Below are positions 26,801 through 38,800 of a stretch of DNA of 64,000 nucleotides, in pieces. Below the pieces are notes generated by a model. That model was not told where the DNA came from, did no database searches, and was given only the letters and a program-made list of their open reading frames with translations. The stretch is from NCBI GenBank assembly GCA_964234715.1, contig OZ174275.1; one strand, 5' to 3'. The DNA is from Podarcis melisellensis (lineage: Eukaryota). The translations under genes and the position numbers were made by a program. Numbering within the stretch: the first letter of the stretch is position 1; each line of letters begins with the position of its first letter.

Positions 26801-29800
26801 GGAACTAACAAACTGGTCTACATGAATCAAGCATAAACATTCAAAATCAGAAAATTCAATTAGAATTACCCTTTAAAAATTAATTTAACATTGACATTTG
26901 TGTTAAAGCACCCCATGGTTAAACTTGTAATTTTTAAATATTAATTTATAGCACAAGATAATAGCTGGTGTTCTTGGCGTTACATAGGTTTTTGTAAAAT
27001 ATGTAAAAAAATGTGCAATTGCAGTAAAGTACATACATCTTTTACATTTTAACTTTTTCCCATTGCAGGCCAAAGATCACTAGGTTGGACTTCAGAAAGA
27101 ATAAATTAACACTAGTGGTGGTTGAAGATGATGAACAGGTAGAAGGAAGTCTTTGTTCATCTTGCTTCTATTGTTGTGAGTTAGTTTAAGCATAAGTATT
27201 GTAGCCAAAATAAATTAAGGATGGTTGTGGGTGATAATGTAAACATTTCCCCTATTGATTGTAATTGGCACTTAGTGAAAATTATTGTTTGAAAGTGAAT
27301 AGTGATCTGTCATATTCTGAAAAGACTGTCCTTAAAATTTATTTTTCTACCCAAGAATGAATAATGAGTAACTATTACAGATAGTTGAAACATTTACCTA
27401 ATTGCTGAAACATAATATCATTTTAACACCAACAGGCATTGTTCATCTTCTTGAAGTAACGCAATGTTACTTGATTATCTTCCACATACAGTATTAGTAT
27501 TCTTGTATTCCATTCTTCCACCAAGTTACTCAGGCCAGCACTTGTTTGTTCATCTGCCACCCCCTCCAACTTTATCCAGGCTGAAAGTTACTAGCCTAAG
27601 ATCAATCACTCAGTGAGAGCATCATGGCTGAATGAGGATTTTAACCTGGCTACTTCTCCCAGGCTAGGGTTCAGTATTCTAATCACTAATAATACACTGG
27701 ATTTCAAGAGTGATCTTTAAGTTTCTACCAATAGTAATGTGAGGTTTCTTCCTCTTTGCATTTGATAAGGCATATTGCTACAGAGGCAGCACTACCGTTC
27801 TGTGTTTATATTAATTATGGAGAAATTTGGCTGACTTTGTATTACTTCCAAGTAAAAATATGTTGGATTTTAAGTGCCTAATTAGTGTGTGTTGATTGAT
27901 TTGGTAAAGAGACTAGAAAATCAGCCTAGGGGAAGGCAGATTGTAAACACTGGTGCTCCAAGCCTTCTTTAAAAAGAAGTAAAAAATGGTTTTGATAAAT
28001 AAATCTCAACTATCTTGAACAAACCACTTGGAAAATAGAAATGCAATCTTTTCCATTCTGTTTGTTCTTCATGTCAGGCTACTCAAGTTGTTGAAAACCA
28101 TTATTCTCCTCCCCACTCCCAATCCACAGTCAGCACAAAGTATAGCAGCTCCTATGTCAAGAAGGCAACATATCGCTCAGCAAGGTCACATGTCTTCAGT
28201 TGTGGCTTGGCATTTTTAAAGACGTTGTGCAGTTTTCCCTTTAAGTGACTAGCGCTGTATAACATGTTTTATAATTGTAATGCTTTTTTCTGTCATAATA
28301 ACAAAAAAGATAAACTGCTATTTATATTTTATCTCTCTGGCTTATTCTGTGTCAAGGAAACAGGAAGAACCTGTTATATCAGTAATGCTATGAAATACTG
28401 AGAACACATTGTTCTCTTCAGTATTTTATAACATTCTTGGTTGAACTTACCTTTTGAGTTATGGGTTCTATGAATGCCTGCAATTTGTGACTGTAGCTGC
28501 AATGATTTGAAGGTAGCATTCATGGTAGTTTTCTAACCGTCCTGTGGTGGTCCTCCCCCCCCCCCCAAGGGCAAGGAGCAGGAGCACACTTTTGTCTTTA
28601 GGCTGGATCACCCAAAGGCCTGTAAACATTTGTGGAAATGTGCAGTCGAGCATCATGCCTTCTTCCGCCTCCGTGGACCCGTCCAAAAAGGTTCCAGTCG
28701 GTCAAGCTTCATTCGGCTGGGGTCAAGGTTCAGATACAGGTCAGCAGTCTCTTTTGTTCAATACCTTCTTCCCTGACTTTTTCTCAGATAAGGCACGGGA
28801 AAGAAAGCTGGTCCATGGTTTTGTTTGTAGTAGTCACTACTCCAGATTTGTATTGTCATAAAGGGAAAGGATTGAAAGAGGCACTTAGCTCAGTCAAAAT
28901 AGTCTGTAGGCATGGAAAATCTGCCACGTGTTAAGCCTTTCTGCTGCTGTGTTCTGCGGAATACCAAAGCCAAACTTTTACCTTGGCCAAATCCAGAAAA
29001 GACTGAATTTCTAGATCTCGTGATTAGAGAAAGAAGCCTGAACTGTTTTTGCATATGCTTATTTATTGGAGGAAATGGATCTGTAGTTACTCAGCTCGAG
29101 TATACATCCTTCCCTACTTTCCCTCCCCCATTTAGGGGATAGAGCATTAAAAAATATTAAACTGAGCCCATGAACAGATTGGTAGTCAGGGGAGTCAATG
29201 TAATATTGGTGTCTTCAGATCTGATGATTGGGCTCCTGTCAGCAGTTCAGCTGCTCATTTTGAACCAATTAAGTTCCCAAATGCTTTTCAAAGGAAGGAC
29301 AGTGTGGAACACATTACACAGTGATCTAAGATGGTTGTAACCAGTGGATGTGGAACTGTGGCCATTTCCCTTCTCCAGTAGTTATAGCTGGCTCACCAGT
29401 TGAAACTGTATTCAAAAGGACTGCGTTGAAGAGCACTCCCATTCTACAAAACTGCTCTAGTAGGTACTAGTGAATCCTTGAGTTTTCTCCGCAGTGTCTT
29501 TTGGCTGACTCACACAAAGTGTAGAGATGATTTAATGGAAGTGGGGGTAAAGTTTAGCTTCTACAAATGTAGGTTTTTGTGATGAAACTGATATTTTTGG
29601 CACAAAATATATACAGTTGCAGTAATTATCAGCTGAGTGCACATGGACTATGGTTTTCATCCTATTCGTGTTTCTTGTTTCATTCCATTTTTCCTTGTCT
29701 CTGTTTTGTTCTTGGATTTTATACTATATCATCTGGTAAGGATCATGTCTGTTTAATATGATTATAGAATCTAATAGTATGTAGATGACTGGCTTTAAAT

Positions 29801-32800
29801 AAAACAAAAGCACATGAGAACTAAGCGTTTAGAAGAGCAAGGATAATGGGGTGCTGTCACTTACATCAGCTTTTCCAATATAAATGTTTTCTCTTGTTCT
29901 TTCCACTTCAATCTAGTGGGAAAACAGAGTACCAGACAACAAAGACCAACAAAGCCAGAAGATCGGCATCTTTTGAAAGAAGGCCTAGCAAGCGATACTC
30001 AAGGAGAACGCTACAAATGAGAGGTAGCTTGACTCATTGGTAGGCGGTGCCACTCGACTTGATCCAAATTACTACTTTGACTTACACAAACTAACAGAAT
30101 ACCTGATCCCCATGCTGTAGCTTAAACTGTTTTTGAAACTAAAAGGTGCTTAATAACTATTGTGGCATGAGTGTAGAGCCTGATGTTTCAGAATATCAAA
30201 TCCACCCCCTTGAGTTTCTAGAGCCAGTGTCTTTGGATCCTTGCCCGTTCTACAAACAGCATACAATATTGTTAATGGGGCAATTGCCTGGACTTTCCTT
30301 CCCTGTCTTCCGACTTATCCATTGTATTTACTAGGGCTGTGCCAGGCACCCGCAGTTCGGCTCAGGGCCCAATTGGTGATCCTGATCATGCTCAATCTGG
30401 GCTATGAGCTGGACTTGGGGCCTTTCATAGGTCTAATGTTTATTCAGCATTTGAAACCCTAATGAACCATGTGTTTGATGACAAGGGGACTCTTACCTGC
30501 ATCATCTTCTCTCCCCCACCTGTTGCTGCCTGAACACCCTCTCCCCTTTTGGCAAGCCCAGACCACTCCAGGTGAACCTAGGGTGCTTGGGGCTGCTTCA
30601 ACCCAGTCTAGACAAATCATGGATCTGCCAGAATCCATTTGGAATCTTGGATTTGTCTGGGCTGGATGCAAGGCCCTAGTATTTAGTGGAAGTGTCTGTG
30701 AAAGGTGGTAAAGCTGCATGATAGGTAACCCTACAAATAGTATATACCTATTTCCCCACACATTCTAAGTTTTAGTCTGTTTTAAAGTGTGTCCCTAACA
30801 CTTTGCACAAGTATCTTTGGGAAAAAATAATGCAAGCTTTTTGATATTGTGTAATTGATATATTGGACATTTTCTTTGTTTTATTACAGGAAACACTCAT
30901 AAATCTGAAGAAACTAGGTAAGAGGACCTGTCGGGATTAGGCTTCCACAGTAAAGATTTATTCCATGAATAAATGTCTTGGTCATCTCTATAGGATTATC
31001 AGGAATATTCTCTGATAATATGCTAAAAGCCCCTTTCCTGTTGCTTACGTATTTTTTCATGAATTAGACACCATTCAAATTAAACAGTAAAACTCATGCA
31101 AGGCAGAGAGCTTAAAAGCTCTTTCCATGCCACATTTTCCTGCCATGGAAAGAGCTTTGTAAGCTCTGCCTTGCTTACCAGGCTCTGGGAAGGTCTTGCA
31201 CAGACTCTGGAGATCTCACAAGACCTTGGGATAACCCTGCAAGATTTCCCAGGAGTCCACAACCTCCCAGTGCCCAGTACGCAAAGCCTGCTTGGTGTGC
31301 TGGCTTTGGAAATGTAGGCATGGTCACACTGGGCTTGTTCTGACTATACACAATTTTGGCTTCACATGCTACCCCCCAGAGTGTAACCCCCCCACAAGAT
31401 GCGATCCTACTGTACTTATTTTTTTACTCCTTTTCTTAGTTAGTGAAAGAGGTAGGTAGCCTCATGGGAGTCTGCCATCTTCCCTCTACTTATTTTTAAT
31501 GGTGGTATTAGGATATCATGGTATGTTCACCCTCAAGCTAATCAATTCTATGTTTGACTATGCATGCTAATTAACATTGCTGATTAAAATTGAGTTTAAA
31601 AGATGCATGTCGTTTCACTGAAAGTTATTAGATCAGCAGTGAATTTTTTGCTGTTGTTGAAAGTGCTCTTTCATACCTGCTTGTTATGGTGTTTGACTTA
31701 ACAGATCTGTGCAAGTTAGCTTCATGTGGAAACCACAATAACCATGCCTTGATGGAACTGGAAACATACACAGATAAGATAAATTAATGTGTTTTGGTTC
31801 CAGGCATCAGGGCTCAGTATTTCACCCTTGCCATCGTTGAAAATTTGGCTTTGATTTATTGCACTCCTACCCCTGTTCATGCAGATTGATAAGATTTGCC
31901 TTGATAAGTTCTGCCTACCAGAACTTCATATGGATTATGATGGTTTAGGAAAAAGTCCAGCATATGTGTGAGATCTTAGTGTAAAACAGTCAAAGTAAGG
32001 GCTGCTTTGGAGTCAAGTGATGCATACAAATGTAAATACAGAAAATGCTGCTTTGGCCTCAGTTTTATTTATTTATTAATGTCCCTGTTGCTAATCCTAC
32101 TTGGAGCTGGCAGACCCAGATAAGCCTTAAAATCCTAACAGTTTGATCTTTGATAAATTAACTTTAAACTATTGGTTTTTTCCCCCATTTCAGCCTTCCA
32201 AATAATGTTTTCAGCCAAAATAATGGATCACAGCAAGTAAGTTTGTCTAAACTGTTTACTTAACATTTTTCTAAGTCTTTGCATCAAAAGTAAACTAATC
32301 TCAAATGCAGTTGCCTTGACCTCAGAATTTAGAACCTGTAGTAAATGGAAAGTTGGATCATTTGGTTCTCTTGGCCATAAATGTTAAGCTAATATGAACA
32401 TTTACAAACCAAAGTAGAAAACCTTGTGTTCTCATTTTCAAGGCTTAAAAAACCCCAATGAAGGCAAAACTACATTTTTGCTTTGTATTTTGTCTTTCAA
32501 GAACTGGAGTGCGATGCCCGCCCTACCCTCAGTTACAGCAGTTCCTTCTGGGCCAGTCTTAGTTGAAATAGAAAACCTCCCACGGAGTCCCGGGACCAGC
32601 CAGCAAGACAAGAAATGGTGCGTCACTCTGGTCTCACTTTGCTCTGATTTGGAAATGATGAGTTATTGGTCATTTCACATACCTTTCCTGCAACTGATAT
32701 TGTTCATATTTGTTTCTTCTAAGAAGAATATATTGTTGTGGGGGTCATAGATTGTTCTTTTCAGCCTAATTTGGATACTTTGTCAATTCATAATTTGCAG

Positions 32801-35800
32801 TCCAGGTGTTGCTGGGTAGCACCTTGCTATTGTGCACCCTCATTATGTGCTCCCGCAGTGAAGTGAGTTGAATGACTTGTCCTTCAATCAGGATTGTGCT
32901 CTAAGTTCTGGCCAGATGAGAAAAGCCATACTTTTCATTACTGCAGGCTTTTCTTCAAAAAAATTTATAAAACCATCAAGCTTCACAGCTGCAGGTTTTT
33001 GGTTTGTTTTTTGCAGTGACCAGGAGGGGTTCACTTAAGAAAATGGAAAAGGTTGCAAATAAGAGCTTATATTTCATTTAAATTCCTTTTCCTGATGGTC
33101 CAGGCTCTGGCTATCCATCAAGATAAGACCATATTACTTAGCTTCCAGCCCCATTCTGGCTCAAAAATACCTTTTGCTTCAAAGGGGACAATTTAATCTT
33201 GGAGAAAACCTTTTAATTCTCTCAGACACTTTGAAAAACTGCAGCATTACAGTGCAGTAGACTTAAAATTTATCTTAGGCTGTTCCATCCATGCAGTGAA
33301 CCTTTGACATGTGATCATAATCTGATTTGTTTTGCTTTTGTACAACTTATTTATTTGATCTCATTTAATTTGTATGCTATTTAATTGTAAAGAAACATAC
33401 TTCGAAGTGGTTATAACAGAGATACAGCAAGTATCGCTAATTTGAGGTCCTAATTGTTCAGATGTATTTGTCTTTTATGCAAACTTAGCTGATTGTATCT
33501 GTTGACTTAAAAATGCTCTTGACTTTGGCTTTATATCTGAGCTATGATCAAAAACATAATCAAAAGGTGCTTTCTCTTTTCTCTTGCCCTTGATTTATCC
33601 AGTGTCTGAAATTGGAGGTTTTTCTCTTGAGCTCTTGGTTGCTCTGTCAGTTTCTTCCTTCCCACTGGTGGTGATTGTAAGGTGGTGATACTTTATTTTT
33701 TAAATTCTGTTTTGCCTTATTGGTATGATGGCCTGTCTTGCATAAGCTCAGTATAACTGCTGTGCACATGCTTTTTGGTAACATTCTTGTGTGTGGTCTT
33801 TAGACTCCAGCTCCAAACAGCTCTGACTATGCTTTAACAGCCTTCTAGCGATTTATCAAGGAGTTGCTGCTTCTAAGAATATAAATGGTGTATTTAGAAA
33901 TGTGCACAGCAGTGATTGTGCTGTGAATTGCAGAATTTGGAAAACTTCAATTTGCTCCCGTTCTCCTTCTAAAATGGGTGGGGAGCTGTAGACCTCCAGA
34001 TGATGTTAAACTCCAAATCCCATTACCCCAAACTGTTACAATCAGTGATCAGGGATGGTGGGAGTTGCAGTCCAGCATCATATTGCTCGAGAGGTTTTCC
34101 CTTTTTTATACCCAGTACAATTGCGAAGAAAAGTAAGTGTGTGGTAACTTCAATTAAGGCTATTGCTACATGTAGTTCCCTTCATTAATATTAATTAAAA
34201 TTTCAAAATGTGTATAATCACATATAGTATATACACATCTCTTCCACTGAGAGAAATTGCCAATTTGACTTCCCACCACAAGAGCCTGCTGTAAAATAGG
34301 CATATATGAGTCAATAGGGCGGTCAGATACAAAAGACAGTAGAGTGCCTGCACTTTTAATAGCTGTGTAAAAGAAGGAATTAATCATAGCAGGTACAGTT
34401 GGTTGCCCTATATATACATATGGGCTACACACTCCTATACCACTGCTATGTAAAAAAGGACCATTTTGGAAGTACGGTAGCTGTTACGAGCTACAGAAGC
34501 CTTAATAGATAAGAAAGGGTTGTTTTTCATCATAGTTCCTGTTCCATCAACCCCTGGATATTATAGCTTTTCCATCCATGTGTTGCAGTGGTCTATTCCA
34601 GACCTTAGTGGCACGAGGAGAACTTTTTAACCATAGCAGACGTGCATGTTTGATAAAACTTGTCACCCAACCTGTCTGTTTATCCTCGCCCTGTGTGCCT
34701 ATACTGGCTGTGGGCGCTTGGAGGAAAACATGGACCATGTGTTCAGAACTTCAGGTGTAAGTTCGCTTCAGCAGTAGCCCAGTATGTGATATGGGCAGTA
34801 TATCGAGTAGATCCTACATCACCTTGGGATTTTGTGGGGAAATCTGCACTCTTCCATTTCAGAATTAAATATTCATGAAGCAGCCTACATTTTTTTTATT
34901 CTGCACGGTACGGCCCAGTTCACAGATGATGTTAAAACATTAGTTTAATGCAAACATTAAATGCTCATTTTTGGCTTACTCCTCATAGTAACACCAGTGA
35001 TGGTTCTTGCACAGCACTAAGCCAACATCTGGTTTTGTTTAATGGTGGAACAGCACAGCAGCAGTGGGAGAGGAGTAAAATGGACACTCGTGAGAATCCT
35101 GCCCCAGTATGCTGCTTGTTCACATTAAACAGGTGTTTGTTTCTAACTATGATTTAATGTTATACATGAACTCGGCATGTATGTATGCATTTTAACAGGT
35201 TGTGCTGCTATTCTCAGGAGTCAGGGGAAGGGGAAGCAGTAAAGAATTGTTTGGAGCTGTATGGTCAGTCAAGTGTGTTGCGTTCAGTCTGAAGTTTGGA
35301 ATGAGATTAAGCTGGATGCATTGATGGAATGTGTGTCTCTGCTTGGAGGAGAGCGACTTGAATGTCTCAATGCTGCCTATGGGGCTTTCCTGCATCAACC
35401 TCTTATCCCTTTTAATTGGTCTGGTCCCACAGCTTGGCTTTGGTCTTGCTCCTTTCACTTCATCAGCCTTCTTTAGAGAATTTTTATTTAAGCTCAAAAT
35501 TGTTAGAACTATGGTGCATTGAACTTCTTAATTTGGTAAAGGATCTGAAGATTTTTAAAGGAATGGTTCTTTGCATGTATGGAAACGTGGCTGTGTTTCA
35601 TTATGTCATTTTTAGACATAATTTGAACTGCAGTGCTGACAGTGCCACTCAAAAGGATAATCAATGCAACACCATTCAGAGAGTTTACTATGGGTTCACA
35701 TTTTTTATTGTGGAGGTTCCTAATCTATTGATTGTGAAGACAAGGATATTCAGTGTAAACTCCACAGTTAGGTTTGCACTTAGGTTTTACAGGATTGTCA

Positions 35801-38800
35801 AGGTTAATTCCTGATCATAAGGCACTATTGAAATCTTGCTCTGTGTTTAAGGGGCGAATGAGCAGCCTGTGTCTTCTCAAATTCACATTCAATTTTAAAC
35901 ATGTTTGTTGCTGCCTTGATAGTGGAACAGAGCAGATGTGGGGCCAGGATGTCAGGTGCTGGTGATCCATCTTCAGAGATTACCAGCTCCCATGAGAACA
36001 AAGAATAGGGCCATCTTGAGCAGACCTGCCCAGATGTTCCAAGTTCCACTCCTACCCTCCATTAGGCTAATAGACATTAGTCTAGGCTAACAGTGTGAAC
36101 ACCTGTAGGACCTTGTGTAGCTCTACATGCAAAGACTTCCACAAACTCTGGAACCCTGAAATTTATTGCTGGCAGCCATTATGATGAGCTGTTCATAAAA
36201 TAAAGGTGGTGTTTGAATTCATACGGCAATGAACCAGATCCTCAGCATAAGAAACAGGAGTTGATTTGATTTGAAATTGCTTCTAAAGAAGGCTTCTTTG
36301 CAATAGGCTTGGTATCTTGCATGCTTTTCAAATCTCCTTTACTCTGATGTGCATATTCTTCCTGCGATGCTGCTTGATTGCATAGTGATGCGATTTTAGT
36401 GGAACATTACAACAGAACTGTCATACTGTATTTTCCAAAATGGAAAAGTTGATCAGTAGCGGTCTCACAACCATACTGATAGGCTTTCCCCCAGTCTTCA
36501 TTGGATAGTTGTTGTACTGTCAGTAGAACTACAGGCTTTAGGGCACAAGCTTTGAATATGGTTAAATATTCAGTACACACATATACATGCGTACACCACA
36601 CACTCCAGAAACCAGCCAAAGACTATCAGATACTCAAACTATCTAAGAAAAAAACCCTGAGAAAACTCCCCTCGTGTATACAGTAGCACCAAAAGTGGCA
36701 TGGTACTGTTGAAAACAATAGTTATGACTGTTACTAATTATTAGATTGAAGGATTTAAGAATTCTAAAAGTCTTGTTCAGTTGAGTTGCCTTCCTTAGCT
36801 GGCTTTGGCAGCAACACTCAATTCAATCAAGTGTTCTGATCAAATTTAGTAGGAGTAAGTGTGGGAGACAGGAAGCCAAGCAAAGGTTTTTACTAATCTC
36901 CTGCATTCTTAGGCAGTTTCCTAGTCAAAACCCCCACAGGCATTATAGTTATCTTTTGCTGTCATCCAAAATGGGCCTTCCTAGGTTTTCTTTGAACACA
37001 CTAAGCTTTTGGGATGTGCTTCATTCCATTTTAAAATCAGTGGTTATGCCAATAGGTAGGTGTAGAAGTTCAGATCTATAGATGCATTAATGCAGTTAAT
37101 TTTAAAATACTTATTATTAGGAAATTTGGAATTCAGAACATAAAATAATGTGATTCTGAATCCAGCTAAAAAGCAAACTTCCTTGATGTGTAATATTAAG
37201 GAACCAAGTGTCCAAGATATCTTCAATATGGAGCAACTCCAGCTATGCTTATGGGCATTAATTAGCAGCAGAGCAGAGGAGAGAAATCTAGCCCTTCCTC
37301 TTTCTGAAGCGCTAAAGATTTTCTGTCATAACAAGATGGTTTTCCAAGACCATGCACTAATCAGAACTAGGCAAGTCCAGGACAGCTTCATTCATTAACA
37401 CACTATGTCTGTGTTAATGTTGAAAATTGCCCGCATCCAAGAAGATTGATTTTGCAATTTCCTAAAATGAAATTTGGGCACAGAAAAATGGCAGAAGCCA
37501 TGCCAAGCAAGCAGGATCCAGATCAGTTAATTCTGAATAACATGTGCATGATGTGCGTGAAATACTCTTGTTTTTCCCTGGCCATGTTCGCATGCCATGT
37601 TAAACCATGGTTTAAGCATTATGTGGATAAGCCTTCCTGAGCTCAGAGCGCCAGGCTTCTGCATTTTCCCCCTCCCCTCACTTGTGCAGCAAGGATGAGG
37701 ACTTCTGCTGTGTTATCTTTGCTGCTTACCATTGCATATGAGCCAGAGGTCCTGGTTTAAAACAAACAATACAGCAATTAGTTACACATGCAAACTTCAT
37801 AATCCATGGTTTGAAGTTGACTTGTTCAGAAACTAATCATGCGAACTGGGCCACAGTGTTTATGGTGAGCTTCTTCATCATTCTTCTTTGCTTCAGACTC
37901 AAAAACTATTTTCTGATACATCAAAGTAGTTCTCCTGTTAAGAGTAGTATGTTTGTCCTAAATGTTTAACTGTGTCATTTAAATCCTTTAACGCTGCTGT
38001 GGCTATCAGGTGTTTTGCTTATAGAAGGAATATAGTGTTAAGCCTGCACATTTAGGCAAATCTATAGCCATTCATATTATAGTAAGCCATGATAAGCCAG
38101 TGGGCTGGATAGGTATCTGCATTCATTTCTAATTTCATTTTCTGAATGGAGTAGATGCCATATGAAAAAGTGGGAGAGTATTCAAATTAACTGTTGCATT
38201 GGTCACCCTGAAACCAGCATGACGTCGTAGCAGCGGTGAAGGGTTTGACTTGACAGTCCACAGTTTCATTTCATTAAACCACGCGTTGTGCTTGCTGCTA
38301 AACAAGTTTGTTCTTGCTAGTCTGCCACTTCCTCAGCTACCTCTTGCTCCTTCCATTCTCTCTCCTTATTTGTGTCTAGATACTAACTGTGCCTCATCCC
38401 ATTCCCCAAACCAATCCAGGCCCCATGATGCTGGTGACTGCTGTCAACGTGGTGGAAGTGCATGGAACGCGTGGTCCCCACCCTCGGCCCACTCAGTGGA
38501 TAGACACCACTACCGTGACTTTGTCCGTGACCGCAATGTGAAGAATGCAGGAATGTACAGACAGGCTTTTGGTTCTGTTGTCCAAACCTCTGTGACTGAC
38601 CTGTAGGACTTTTGACCTTTAGGAAGCCTTGATTGTTCCCTGTGACACCCTGGAACTTTGAAGGACAGGAGAAGACATCTTTTAAAAATAATTAACCTAT
38701 GTGCTGAAACACCTAAATATGAAGGAATAGCTTTCTAGGTATTTCTCTTTCCACTTAAGAGAAAATACCTTAAGTTTTTTCTTAGTGGAAGAAAGGTTTA

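Noticed and set aside
32618-32750. Read-through of exon 16 giving a hydrophobic tail
   Set aside because: T-rich intron sequence explains the hydrophobicity; no support beyond an open frame
33603-33680. Acceptor-like site atccag in intron 16
   Set aside because: Gives C-V-stop, has no convincing donor or poly(A) signal, and is likely a chance pyrimidine tract
35199-35292. Putative third terminal exon (WLCCYSQ...RSV*)
   Set aside because: Weak pyrimidine tract and no recognisable homology or PDZ motif
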